A stretch of DNA of 64,000 bases from Eledone cirrhosa. Taxonomy: Eukaryota. Shown here piece after piece: positions 20,899 through 35,400 of this stretch (position 1 is the first letter of the stretch; each line of letters starts with the position of its first letter). The notes below the pieces were generated by a model. That model saw nothing but the letters and a program-made list of their open reading frames with translations. It had not been told where the DNA came from and ran no database searches. The stretch covers positions 26,226,001 through 26,290,000 of the forward strand of contig OZ024743.1 in NCBI GenBank assembly GCA_964016885.1. Reading direction: 5' to 3'. A program made the position numbers and the translations under genes.

Positions 20899-23800
20899 AC
20901 AAAAAAAGTGTGGTAAGGAACCAGGTGGACCATAACCTACCAGTGTACTCGATACTTAGGGTAGTAGAGTGGGTAATAGGAAAAGACTGAGGACCCCGAC
21001 GGCTAAGCTCCGGTCGTTTCAACAGCTAGAGTATATGTTTGAATGAATCTCTCTATATATATTTTAATAATGAAATTATTGTGTACAGTGCTCAGGTGCA
21101 CTACAACTCATCAAAGGTGCATGTATAGTACATAGAATAATGTACAAATGTCAGGAAAATAAACAGTGTATGAGTCATGATATAATAACAATAACAATAA
21201 TGAAATATTGTGCACAGTGCCCAGGTGCACCACAACCCATCAAAAAAGTGCATGTACAGTACATAGGGCAATGCACAAACATCAGTAAAATGAACAGTGC
21301 ACACATGTGTGCATGTGTATGGAAGGGGCACATCAGGTGTAGTTTTGGCGTATTTCGGGAAGCATGAGTGTCTTAAAGGATGCAGTGTCTCGGCAGCTAA
21401 CAATTGACGCAGGCAGTTTGTTCCATGTTTCAGCAACTCTGAGCGTGAAAAAATGTCTGCGAAAGTCATGGGAGCTGTGCTGTTTTCTTATCTTGTAGGC
21501 ATGTCCACGTGTGTTAGATACATGGAGATCAAAGAGGCGCTCAGGGTTGCAGTTGGCGAGATGGTTAAAAACTTTGTGGGTATTCACCAAGTCCACTGCC
21601 AGACGTCGGAGCTTCAATGAATCCATGCCCAGGGAAGCAAGGCGTTCAGAGTATGGTAGGTGTCTGATGGAGGGTATGCGCTTGGTTGCACGTCTCTGAA
21701 CAGTTTCCAGGAGGTCAATGTTCCGAGCAAGATAGGGGTTCCAGACTGATGATGCGAATTCCAAGTGTGGTCGCACCATAGCTGTATACAGTTTTAAATA
21801 GATGGCTGGAGAGCGGCTAACAAATGTCTTGCTGAGTGATGCCAAGACACCCTCGGCCTTCTTGACAATCTTAGAGACATGCTTTGTCCAACGCAAATCG
21901 TTGCTGACAGTAATGCCCAGGTCACGTTCACAAGAGGACTTTTTGATGTCAGTGTTGTGGAGGGAGTATGTGGACGCTGGATTTTTCCTTCCAAAATGCA
22001 TGGTGGTACACTTGTCCACAGCCAGCTTCAGTTGCCAGTCTGTGATCCATTGCTGCATTGTGTCCAGGTCTGATTGTAGGAAAGAGTTGTAAATTTCAGG
22101 ATCAGTCCTTTTGATTTCAAGGTACAGCTTGATGTCATCTGCATATTTTAGTACCGTGGCATTCTGTAAGTTGGCATCTATGTCATTAATATATGCCACA
22201 AACAAAAGAGGACCAAGAACAGATCCCTGTGGTACACCAGATGACATCTCATATGGTGAAGAATGCTGTCCTAGAACTGTGACTACTTCCTTTCGGCTGA
22301 GAATGAAGGATTTCAGCCAGTCGAAAAGATCATCCCTCACACCCATTGCAGAGAGTTTTGCCATAAGTCTTTTGTGTGGCACAGAATTAAAAGCCTTAGC
22401 AAAGTCAAGGTAAACAACATCCACCCATGAGCCGCTGTCAGTGATCCGGGTGATGTCCTCAAGGAACTCGATAAGCTGATCACAGCAGCTGGAGTTAGGG
22501 ATAAATCCAAACTGTGAGGGCCGGATGAGGCTGTGAGAGCTCCAGAAGTTCCAAAGTGTTTCTCTGACACAGGATTCCATCAGTTTGGCCATACAGCTAG
22601 TAAGACTGACTGGACGATAGTTGACAGGTGACATGCGGTTGCCCTTTTTGAACAGGGGAATGACACTGGCAGTTTTCCACTGCTCTGGAGTAGCACCATT
22701 GCTGAGACAGTATTGAAAGAAAAAAGAAAGCTGGCGCAAAAGGAAATCCCCGCCACGTTTGAGAAGCAGGTATGTCACACCATCAAGACCAGGGGAGGCA
22801 TAGTTGCGCTTATTCTTAAGGTGACGTCGCAACATTGCAGGTGTAAATTCCATAGTTGTTATGGAATTTGATGTTAGAGATGGTGGAGATGGTACATTCT
22901 GGTTTTCAACAGTAAAAATACTTGCATAGCACTCAGCAATGAGTTCTGCGCATTCCTTGGGATCGTCAGTGATCTGGCTTGTGTGGGGATTGCGAAGAGG
23001 ACCAACTGGAGAGTGAGGTCTCTGCTTTGAATGAACATATTTCCAGAACACCTTACTGTCGGGATTGGTTGCGATGCACTGTTCAAATTCAAGCACTGCC
23101 TTCTTTGTCACTTGCTTGAGATGGTTAGAAGATTTATTCCGCTTTTTTCTGTTGGCATCTGATCTATGCAGTTTATATTCCCGTTCAGCGTTCCGACGTT
23201 CTTTCCTGGCAAGTCGGACTGCTGAAGTTTCCCAGATTGCACTTTTGGGGTGGTTATTTTTCCGCTTCCGTGGCACTGATGCTGCACACGCTATCCATAT
23301 TGAGTCCAGGATGCTCTGGAGTATAGAGTTCACATCTCCAGAGTTATACATCTCATGCCAGTTTGGGCGCTGTAGCTCAGTGCAGTACAAGTTCCAATCT
23401 GCCCTCTTCCAATCAAAGCAAGCAGATTGGAGATGGCTCTGGTTTTTGTTGCTGCCCTCAAGTGCCAGATTGGCAATGATCATAGCATGATCAGAGTCGC
23501 CTAGAGGTTCTTCAGTAGTACAACTGATAACCACTTCAGGAGTAGTGGTGAAGATCAGGTCCAAAGTGTTGTCACCTCTTGTTGGAGAGGTGACTACTTG
23601 TGACCAGTTTGAGTCCAGCACTAGTTCAAGGAAATCGTTTGCACCCTGTGGCCAACGAAAGGTTTCCCAATCGATCTCAGGATGATTGAAGTCACCTGCA
23701 ATAAACACATAAGTGGCTGTTTTCTTGGCAGCAACTCTGAGGATATCGCAAAGCTGTGTGTCCTGATGGTAGTTTGGGGGGCGATAAACAACACCAAGCA

Positions 23801-26385
23801 GAAGTGTTGACATGGTCATACGTATGTCACAGAAAAAAACTTCTTCCTGTGATTCGTTCAAATCAACGCAAGGAATTACCGAAAAGTTTGAACGAACGTA
23901 GACCATCACACCACCACCACGGCGGTTAATGCGGTCCTTGCGGAAAAGGTTGTACCCAGTAATGGTGAAAACCCCATCACAGAGTAAGGAATGTGCCCAT
24001 GTTTCCGTGACTGTGATGAAGTCAGGGTCGATGCTTCTGACGTAGGATTCGAACAGATGTATCTTGTTGCATAAACTGCGAGCATTTAAGGACAACAATT
24101 TGTACCCTGCTCGCAGTTTATGATGGTGTGTAGAGGGTGGCAGGTTGTTCTGGTTTAGTTTCCCAGAGTTGTAGCAGTTTTTACATTGCCAGTTATTGTG
24201 GGTAGATCACACTCAGACCAGCTGGTATCTCTCTTCCACGTTTCACCAGCCTTGACAAACCTCCAGATCTGCCCATCATCACGCAGACTGAAACTTTCAT
24301 CTTGTGCTGAGTTCCGATTCAAGGAAGCTGCAGCACGTAGTTTTGGACGTACATGGGATGGTAGGCCTGGGCGTGTTCGGAAGGTAATCCGATTTTCACG
24401 CCCAGCTTTAGCAGAGGCCAGATGATATGATGTTGCCTCTGCGGGGTCCGAGAAAGACAGCCTGATGAGTCTGGGTTTTGGACCAGGTCGACCAAGGCGG
24501 AGGGCACCCTTTGGGGGAACACAGCCTAGGTCTTTGGCCGAGCTGGCAGCAAATGCCTGAAGATCGGCCTTGTCCTCTGGTACCCCAATGGCAATCACTT
24601 CATGGGTAGCAGATTCCGCAGTCTTTTCAGTCTTTCCAGCAAGAGGTACAGGGAGATTCTTTAGCAAGGCATTCCGATAAGACCCCTCATTGTGGAGTCC
24701 TACCCGAATGCTTGCCTCTATTCCTGCAACTTCCTTTCTCAGAGCAGAAATCATTAGTTGCAGTTCCGCAAAATCTGTACTGGTCGGTTGTTGTTGTTGT
24801 TGTTGTTGCTGCTGCTGCTGTCGTTGTTGGTGATGATGTTCCTCCACGGGAATGGCAGGGGAGGACACAGTCGCAGGTTGTTGCTGTTGTTGTTGTTGTT
24901 GTTGGTGATGATGATGTTCCTCCACGGGAATGGCAGGGGAGGACACAGTCGCAGGTTGTTGCTGTTGTTGTTGTTGGTGATGATGATGTTCCTCCACGGG
25001 AATGTTAGGGGAAGACACAGTCACCAGTTGTTGGTGTCGAGATGTACTGGGAGTGGAAGACATGGGTTGTTGTTGTTTCTGATGTTCTCCCACAGGAATA
25101 ACAGTAGAAGCCAGTGTCATAGGTTTTTGCCGTTGTTCAGTAACAATGGTAGAGGAAGACACAGTCATTGGTTTTTGTTGTTGTTGTTGTTTTTCAATAA
25201 CATCAATAACATTCGTGGAGGCAGGCACACAGGCCAGACACTGAAAGGACCAGGATTTTAGCTGGACCATCTCCCATATTCCATCCATCATAGCATTATG
25301 GTGTCTCTTTTTTTGGCCTGGGATCCTCCGGAAGCCTGTGGCGCATTGAAGGCAGACAGAGATGCGACAGGTTCCACATTCGACCCAGCGATTACGGAAC
25401 GAGTTTTCGGGTTCCGCACAGATATGGCAGATGTGATTTTCTGGGCAATGTTCTATCTTGGGACATCGACCGGTTTTGTCGCATATTTCATCGATGGATA
25501 TCACCATGGCAATTTTGTTATTTCTACCCATCCGTAGAAAAACACAGAATGTAAACAATATAGGTTTAGCGCACTTGATTACGATAGAAATAAAATGTCT
25601 GTTTTTTTGTGTATTTTGTTTCCGTTTTCCTAAATGTTGTGTGTGTACAGAAGAGTCTGAATTACATTACATGTAAACAAATAAATATGCTGCGTAAGTT
25701 AAATGAAACGTACTGTAGAAGGCAGTTGTTTATTAACAGCGAAATAAGGTTTTTTTTTTTGTTTTTTTTTTCCCCTGATACTGCTTCTTTATCGTAAACT
25801 TTCAATAATATTTTTTTTTTCCAAATTATTAACTTTCAGCTGCTAGTATATATATATATAATTAAAAGGTGTATGTGGGTTAGAAGCGAGGTCAATGTTA
25901 AGAAATATTTTACCAATGTAAATTGGTAAAATTGGCCGGTATATTGTCTCACACGAAATAGTGTGGTTTCTTTTCACGTGTGTGTATATGCATATGGTAT
26001 ATATCTGTATATAAATCTGTGTGTATATTGTTGTTTATATGTTTTGTGGAGTACTTACTGCGATCCTTAAGGGATGTAGTGATTTGTTTTGTTTTTTTTT
26101 CTTTTTTCCCCGTCCATGTCCACACGTGGTTTGTTGGCGAAAATCAAGTCAAATTATATATACTTCGTTAAGATAATTCTATCTTGAAACTGGTACTAGT
26201 TGTCAGGGAACAGTGAAAGTAATTGTGATAATGAATATTGTAATCCATCTGACATGTGTTTAAAGGGCAGTTTTTGGTGAAAATATTATATTTTGTTCGG
26301 TCAAGACGTGGTCAAGCGACCTTCCTTGTCGCCATGTTAATATCTACAGTATATGTTTCAATATATATGTGTGTATATATATATA

Positions 26386-26430
<45 letters not shown>

Positions 26431-29400
26431 ATGTATATATATATATGTATGTATATGTGTGTGTGTATGTATATATGTATATGTGTACGTATGTATATAT
26501 ATATATATATATGTATATGTCCGTGTGTGTGTACATATATGTATCTATATGATGTATGTATATATCTGTGTATGTGTTTACATTTACTGTTTCTTTATTA
26601 TCGGTAACTGAGAGGTTCGACAAAAGGAGGATCAATAAAATAAGCTTATTTTTTTAAATAAAATGAGCACATTTTGTTCTATCCACCGAATCATATAAGT
26701 GCATTTATATTTCACTTAATTGAAGCCTCAGAACGAACTCTACCTAATTTAGTCAGAGATAAATAGTCGGACAAAATTGGATGGTTATAGCTTTACCAAA
26801 TAACATGAAACTGCCCCTGGTTCTTTTGTACAAAACTATGTTTTAAAGTGTTTGCATTTAACTAGAAACCTTCTGTTATAATTTTATGTAAGACTGTTAT
26901 ATTCCAAACACCAGATTAATAAAGAGCAAGTTACTTATAATGTATTACTAAATCTTTCCAAAAATTATTTTGTATATGAATGCATAGAAATAGAATGTTT
27001 TATTTTTGTTTTGTTTTTTGTTTGTTTTTTTGTAGCAGTTTTCTAGTATATTTTGTCTGGCTAATCTTATTAAGGTCTGTTCTTAAATGCTTCAATTTGA
27101 AAAACACTGCCCCTCCTCACTCAGATTAAATGCTATAAGCACCATATTACTTAATCATACTATCTATCTTCTTTTGGCAATATTGTAGTTATGTTATCTA
27201 TTTAATTTCAATAAATATTAAATTAATAAAAAAAAAAAAATTCTAAACTATTTGAAAATCATAGACATATATTAGAAATATAGTTATGGAATGGTTAATC
27301 AAAGTCAATCAAACTGAATAAAAACATAGAGGGTTAGTGGTAGGCATGATCACTTGTGAACAAGTTTAAACTCTGGTTGGTCCTGTAAATAATGTGCAGA
27401 GTGCAAGGGCACCATTCTCCATGCATTTGTTCAGTGACCAAACATTAGTGATTTATGGGTTTATGTCTAATAGCTGTTAATGTAAGAAAGACAGTTTTAG
27501 CAGTTGTCTGAGTCCATTGTAAAGATATACTGCCACCTTTCACATGGAAAGGCAAGCTGTTTTCTTTCTGAAGATGAACACACCTCAGAGAAATCAGATC
27601 ATGTCTATTTTTCTCCAACTTATCCTTCATCTATATTTCCAAGTACCACTTAAAGAGAAAACTGAGAATGGAAGAGGAAGGTCTGAAAGGTGACCAAGTG
27701 GGCCTGACTGATTTTTCTCTTGTTTAGTCTATCTGATGACAACAGCTTCTACATGAAGATCTCAAATACAGTAGCTGATAATTTATAAGGTATGCTCACT
27801 GAGGCTTTAACATTTGCAGAGATCTTAGATGAGTAGGTGTGGTTGCCATGTCTGAAGACTTATCTCTTTGATGGAGCTTCACTCCTGGGTCAAGTGTAGA
27901 CCAAGATTGAGTAATTGACATCCGGACCCAATTCACAACAAAAGGCACCCTGCACTCACTGTAAATGAGGTTGGCATTAGGAAGGGCATCCAGCTGTAGA
28001 AACCAAGCCAGAATCAGTTCTGTATGAACAAGACATGGTCACCTGACCTAGCTTTGCCCACAACAGGACAACTCGTCTAACCCATGCTAGCGTGGGGATG
28101 ATGATATATATATCATCATTATCATGATATATCATCATCATTTTACGTCCGCTTATATATATATTATGTTGGTACCACAAAACCTCCATCCCACACTGTA
28201 AAGTAGCCATGCAGGCGGCACAGCAAAAAGCATCCAGCACACACAGTAAATGTGGTTGACGTTAGGAAGGGCATCCAGCTGTAGAAAACCAGCCAGAAAC
28301 AGTCCTATATGGGCGAGACACAGTCACCCAACTCAACTCGCCTCTAAATGGGACAAACCCGTCTAACCCATGCTAGCATGGAAGATAGATGTTAAATGAT
28401 GATGTTATCAGCTGCTTACACTACCGTATCAGTTAAGCAAAGCATTTGATAGAATGTCCAAATTAGCTTTTTATAGAGGTTTAGTTGTGGAGATAAGTTA
28501 TGACATTCTTGGAGGAAGCCAGGGCAACAACAAAGGTCAGTTTATTCAGGAGGATTTTGATACAAACTGAAGGGTCTTCCTAACCCATTATTTGGTAAGC
28601 TTTCTACTGCTGGATGACCTTCCTATCATCAACCACTTTACAGCATATACTGGGTGCTTTTATTGTGTAGAACACCAACACTAGATAGGTTGTTATGTCT
28701 TTGACATGATTAAAGGATCCTGTCAACCCTTTTTGGCATGGTTTCTACTGAGGGTGCTCTTCCTGTTGCGAACCACACTTACGAAGTATACCAGGTGCAT
28801 TTTCGTGGCACCATCACTAGAGAGGTTTTTGGTCATAGACTTAACTGTAGAGCCCTCTCAACTCTGTGGGGGGAGATAGGTGTGAAGTTATAGGTGTATG
28901 TGGGGTTTTGGCTGGGCATTGAGTAAAGGGTAGGGCTGGTTGATTAGTTTATAGTAAGAAAGGGTGTCATGACGTGAGGAATATGGTTAATAGGGTGGAG
29001 AGATAGGTAGGGGATAAGGTAGCTGATTAGTGTATGGGAGGGTATATGTAGTGTTGTGGGGGATGTGGTTGATAGAGAGGGGGTCATGGTGGACATTCCC
29101 CTCTTTCTTTACCACTCCCCATTAGCTTATACAACTATCCAGTTTGCCAAGTACATTCTGGCCTCTCTTTGGTCTTACTGCCACCTCGTTTGTTTGTCCC
29201 CTTCTTGTCCTAATGGTAAAACCGCTACAATTCAAAAGGATATAGCCATTTAAACTACATCTACTCACCAACTTGGTATTGTTCCAACACGTTTTCTTTG
29301 TTTGGTTTTACTCTATTTTGATATTGGGTTTAACCAGAAACATTAGACCTTTTTTTTTTTTATATTCTACCAGATACTTACACACACTCACACACACACA

Positions 29401-32400
29401 CACACATATACCCAGGCATAGTCATGTGTTTGAGAAATTTGTTTCCATTCCACTATGCGGCACCTAGAGCAAGTGTCTTCTCCTGCCATTTTAGGTTGAA
29501 TGATGTTTTGTTACTTTTCTCTATAGAAGTAAGAAAATTTCATCGAAACAAAAAAGCAAAGCAATTTGTATATAATTTATTTTTGTTTATAAATGTCTTT
29601 TAATCACTTTCTCCCTTTTTTATTTCATTTTCCAAGGCCAAAATCTTTTACTATGCCCATCACAAGTATTTTGGTCGATTTGAAACAGCTGTCTCTGTTG
29701 GTCTTACAAAATATAGCAATGATCCTATTCTGAAATTTTACAAAGCGCTGGCTCTACTTCTACAAGGTAAACTTATTTTTGCTTGATGTTTGAGACTAAG
29801 TGATGTGCGTCTTGTCTGGTAACTCTCATCTTACTGTTATTGATATTACTTTTCATATCTATCATATTGATCATTCTTTTGATACTAATTCACCTGAAAC
29901 TGCCTCTGCTTCTCTAGAACAAAACCACCTATTTTAAAGGTGTCCTCTTGCAGCATAATTTAATATACAAACTTTTTGTTATGTTAGAAATACCCTCTGA
30001 ATTAAGAAAAAACTTCTAGTAAATCTCTTCAAATTTTTCATTAATTAATTCCAATACAGTGTAATATATTTAAAATATGGTAATGAAAGTGTTAAACTAA
30101 ATGTCAGTAATATATCGACATTATTCAATCAATGACTCATCCATGCAAAAAATTACCCAGACCCAGCAAAATCTTTCTCATGCTGAGCCAAAAGAAATCA
30201 ATATTCTCAAATGAGAACAATTGATGTGACCAGTACAATACACTCATTTCTGAAACCTCATCTGCTTAGATCTATAGATACAAATACAAGATATAGATGA
30301 TGCTTCTCTTTCATTGACATAATACTAAACAAACATGGGTATTCATCAGTTGTTCATCTATTAGATATGATCACATAAGTTAAGGTATTTTGTTCACAGG
30401 ATCATTTTAGTTTGACATTCAACAAGACCTGTCTCAACTTGCTCTTTGCCACTATATAAACCCTAGCTGTCTTCTTTCCCTCCATTTATTTTATTGTTTT
30501 GTTTGTTTTTTTCTATTTGGTATTTTGCCATTTTTGTATTTGTTTTATAACTTTCACAATTAGTGTGAGTCTTATTTGTTACACAGACAGATGCTTGTAA
30601 ATGTTAAGACCGTCTCTGGAGAAGAATGTACTGTCCAACATAAGTTATTTGTGACATCAGAATAAGCACAAGACAAGAAGAAGATATACAAAAGGATCTG
30701 GAGGAGGACAGTACAGAAGCTAAAGGAAATGTCTGTTAATTATATGTTTAGAAAAGATCTACCTAATTCATATGATGGGAAGGAAGATAAATTAAATATA
30801 TATGACATAGAAGACAATTTGAAATTCCTACAGGACAACCTACTGTGAACTACTGATGAAACTTGTGGCTGGAGCAAAGCACCTGTCAGATAGAGGGTGG
30901 CCTGGTGGTGGAACAGCACAATGAATAGAACCATTAAAACCAAGAGATAAGTGTACCAAGACTAGGAAAATGGAGATAGCAGAGACCAATACCAGGTAGC
31001 TAAAAAAGAAGCTAGACAACAAATATACATAGCATGTAAAGTGGCTGAAACAAGGAGGTTTGCCAATGTCTTGTAATATGAGGGTCAGAGACATAAGGTG
31101 TTCTGCATTGCAAGAATCAAAATGTTGAGGAAAAAGTGTGTTCGAAATGACACCAGTGCTCTAAGTATCACTGATGCTCAAAAAAAAGAGGCCTAGAAAT
31201 ACTACTCTAAGAGGCTGATCAATGTGGAGAATGGGAGACTACCCCCACCAAACCTAACAAAGGGACCAACTTGAAATTGGAAGTTATATTGTTAAAGAAG
31301 CAATCAAGGAGATGATAAATGGTAAAGCCACGGGACTGTCAGAGACAGTTGCTGAGATGCTAAAATGTCCAGGGAAGTAAATGATGAACTTGTCACTCAG
31401 ATAGTGATATAGGTAATAGAGGACAGGGTCATACCCAAGAACTGGTGCAGCAATATACTCATTAATTGCTACATGGTAAAAGGTGATGCTCTAGAAAGGA
31501 ACTACTACAGGACCAAGGTATGAAAGTGACAGAAAGAATTCTAACACAACTTGAGGAAAAAGTCAAATTAGATGAGATGCTGTTTGGTTTTGTGTCAAGG
31601 TGAAGTACTACAGAGGCCCTCTTCCTGGTGAGACAACAAGAGAAATTCCTAGCTATGATTAATTCACTATCTTTAGCTTTTGATCTAGAGAAAGCCTTTG
31701 ATGAAGTAACACAATCTGTCATCTGGTAGTCCTTAAGAAATCTAGGTGCAGAAGAATGGCTTATGAGAGTAGTGCAAGCCATGTACAGAGAAGCTCTTAG
31801 TAAAGTGAAAGTAAGAAGTGAGTTTTGTGAGGAATACAAAGTACAGGTAGTTCATCAGGGCTTGTTCATCATCCTACTTCTGTTTATTATAGTTCTCCAG
31901 GTCATAACAGAGTAGTTTAAGATAGACTGTCCATGGATAATTCTGTATGCTGATGATCTGGTTCTTATAGCTGAATCTGTGGAAGAACTAGAGAATATGT
32001 TCCAACTGTGGAAACAGAACTTAGAATCAAAAGAGTTTAGAGTAAACTTAGCAAAAACTAAAGTGTTGATAAGTAAGAAAGAAGACAGAGCCCTGATCCC
32101 ATCATAAAAGTGGCCCAGTTCGATATATAGAAAAGAAATAGGCAGGAACTATATATGATGTACGCAATAGCTGTGATGGGATAGCAGGCAGACTAACAGG
32201 AAAGGAAGACTTTATATATAATAGATGTACAGGGATAATTGATTGTGAGAAGGTCAGAGATATAGCCTGTTCCTATCCTAGGAATGATCTACCAAAGTAT
32301 TTGATAGCTTCTGCTACCTGGGTGATCTAATTAGTTGTGGAGGAGGATGCTCCAAGGAAATAGTAGCTAGAATAAGGACAAGATGGAAGAAGTTTAAGAA

Positions 32401-35400
32401 GCTACTTCCTCTGTTGACAACAAAATGTTTCTCCTACAAAAGAAAATCAGCTGTATGATACATATGTGAGAAGTGTGGTGTTGCATGTAGTGAAACATGG
32501 GCAGTGAATGGAGAGGATAGGCAAAGGCTAGAGAGAAATTAAGCAAGCTTGCTTTAATAGATGTGCAATGTTATTGTGTGTGAACGACAAAGCATGGAGG
32601 AACTAAGAGAAAAACTGGGTATAAGAGGAACCAGAAGTAGTATTCAAGAGGTATGGACATATGATGCACATGGATAATATTGACTGCGTGAAGAAGTGTC
32701 AAGAAATCCGAGTTGAAGGAAACCATAGTAGAGAAAGACCTGGGCAGAAGAGGGTAAGAGCTGATCTCAAATTGCTGTAGCTTACAAAGGGGATCATGAC
32801 GGAACACGATGAATGAAGAGATATTGTGCTGAAAAGGACCCATCCAACCCATGTAAACATGGCAAAGTGGACGTAAAATGATGATCATCATATTTTCCTT
32901 ATAATGAATTTTGTTCATCTTTTGCATTTGAACTTGTCTCATTAATATTTATGTGCTACATTTTTTTCTAACCTTTTTTCCTTTAACAAAACATAACTGG
33001 ATTTATGTATTTGTTTTATTCCACAGGCAAGATTTCAGAAAGTGTTCAGTCATTTCAACTACTGAAAGACAAACTAGATATTAATTTGGGTTCAATCCTG
33101 GCTTTAATTTATGGCTATAAGAAATTAAAGAATAACAGTAGGTGGAATTATATTTTTCTTATAATACAAATTTTTCAAAAAAAAATGTTTACTATGTGCA
33201 GAACTGTCAGCAGTCCAATCATCTTCTTGTTGTTGTCACTGCCAACAACTTCTCAAGGTACAAGACATTCATGGCTCAGTTGAGAAACAGGGCTGCTCAT
33301 GTGTGTTTGACTAATAAGGAATGTATATTTAGTTGTATAGGTATGTGTGTGCAATGAAAGAGGAGTGTGGTGTTATGTGTGTGCAATGGAAAAGGAGTGT
33401 AGTGATATGTGTGTGCAATGAAAGAGGAGTGTGGTGTTATGTGTGTGCAATGGAAGAGGAGTGTGGTGTTATGTGTGTGAAATTTATAGTGAGAGGGAAA
33501 TGATGAATATGTGTTTAGGTTTATGTGGTGAATGTAGAAGTGAAAGATGAGTAATTTGTTGGCTCTGGGTGGACTAGTGTTTTTCAAATATGTCTGGATA
33601 GTGTTTATTCATTTATGTTGGTGGATATCAGTATTGCTACTTTCACAAGCCATGTTAATATACACAAAAAATCTATCATTCTTCCAACGTTAAAAAAAAA
33701 CACATGTTGTTTCAAGTTTCACTATATTAAGTGTTGTATTTCACAGTAAAAGTTTTATCTGACATTAATTTCGAATTGACGGGATTTTTATGGCGTTATT
33801 GTTTATTTTTAAAACAATATCTTAGTGTGGCTGTCTGTGGCCGGATTGGCCAGTCTGAACAAATAAAGGGAAATAATTTTGGCCAGTTTGAATGCTAAAG
33901 GGTTAATAATGCTTAAGTAATTTGCTCTTTTGAAAAGTGTAATTTGTATTTTCAGTGTTGTATTGCTTGTGAGTTTCATTTTGTTTGTCCATTTGTAATT
34001 TCAGGTGGAGCAGGGATGTTTGTGGGGTAACTTTTGTTGAGGATAATTGTTTTCTTTTGTAGACCTAGAAGACAGTTTTTTTTTTTATTGTGAACGTAAA
34101 GTATTTCAATAGTGTTCTATGTTTTACAATTGTTTTAGGTGTCAGGCACACAGTTTAAGATGTATATCTAGTGAGGCTATGTGAATTTTGTTATATTAGT
34201 GTTTAATGTTGGTGTCCGCAACCAATGGAGGTTCAGAATATGATCTCTGGAATGGTTTGCAGTTTGTTGAAGTTAGTGTGATACAAGTGGAAATTCAATG
34301 GTTATATGCATTGTGGTATGAGTCATCTAATTGTTTTGTATTTGGTGACATGTTGTTGTTTTTTCTATTGGTGCCATTTGATTGTAATGAGTGATTTGTG
34401 TGATTGTGTTCTGTGTTTAGTGTCTAATGTATAACTGTTAAATTGTATGCTATGTGTAAGATTGAATTCATCATCTTTAATATCATTTTCATTTATTTTT
34501 ATTGTTTTAGAAAGTGATATTTATTAACTCTAGGAGCGAGATCTCTTATAGCTAAATACCTTCTCATACCAATAACATAATCTTAGAATATGTATGTACA
34601 TCATACTTAGACATTAAGACTAATCGCTGCAATAATAATTGTTTCTAGATTAGGCACAGGGCCAACAATTTGAAGGAGAGAGGGAAGTCGATTAAATCGA
34701 CCCCAGTGTGTGACTGGTACTTTATTTTATCGACCCCGTAAGGATGAAAGGCAAAGCTAACCTTCGCGGGATTGAAACTCAGAATATAAAGGGACACGAA
34801 GCATAGTGTCCGATACTCAATCCATACTGCCAATCCACCGTCCTTACTGTAATAATAATGGTACTGGCTTTACTGTAATAATAATGGTACTGTAATAATA
34901 ATGTCTGTCTCTCACATGAACAATACAATAATGGAAGCAAAGTTTGAGCTTAATACTTCTAATCAATATTTTTGCCCTGTATCCTTCAACCATTTATGAT
35001 GAAACACAAAAACAAATTTCTTAGGAAAGTTTTAACTGTACATATAACATCATCATCATCATCAACATCATCATCGTTTAACGTCCATGTTCCACGCTTG
35101 CATGGGTTTGGACGGGAGTTTTCCCACTTGAGGCAAGAGTGGTTGTCTTGCTCGCATAGGTCTGTCTGGCGGGTTTTCTACAGCTGGATGCCCTTCCTAA
35201 CACCAACCACATTTACAGTGTGGGGCTGGGAGGTTTTTACCGTGTTGCCTACACGGCCATATTACAGTGTGGACTGTGTGTTTTTTTGTCGTGACACCTA
35301 CACGATCTCATTTGTTTCGGCCTGGATGTTGTGGCACCAACATAACTTTACATTGAAAGGGGCGGTGTGGATGGGGTGGCGGGACGGGGGTGTATTTTGT

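Larger units (their letters stand above)
21066..25665 (-). mobile_element. Apparently full-length CR1-clade LINE in intron 1, antisense to the gene
   Basis: Two intact ORFs, a short 5' UTR and a duplicated 3' tail. No clear TSD; ends are approximate. Confidence 0.92.

Noticed and set aside
26328-26349. Alternative TTC21B first exon or X-box (GTCGCCATGTTAAT)
   Set aside because: Weak donor (GTATAT) and poorer peptide fit than 20522-20548; not fully excluded.
33343-33480. CRISPR-like periodicity
   Set aside because: Tandem units without unique spacers, in a eukaryotic intron.
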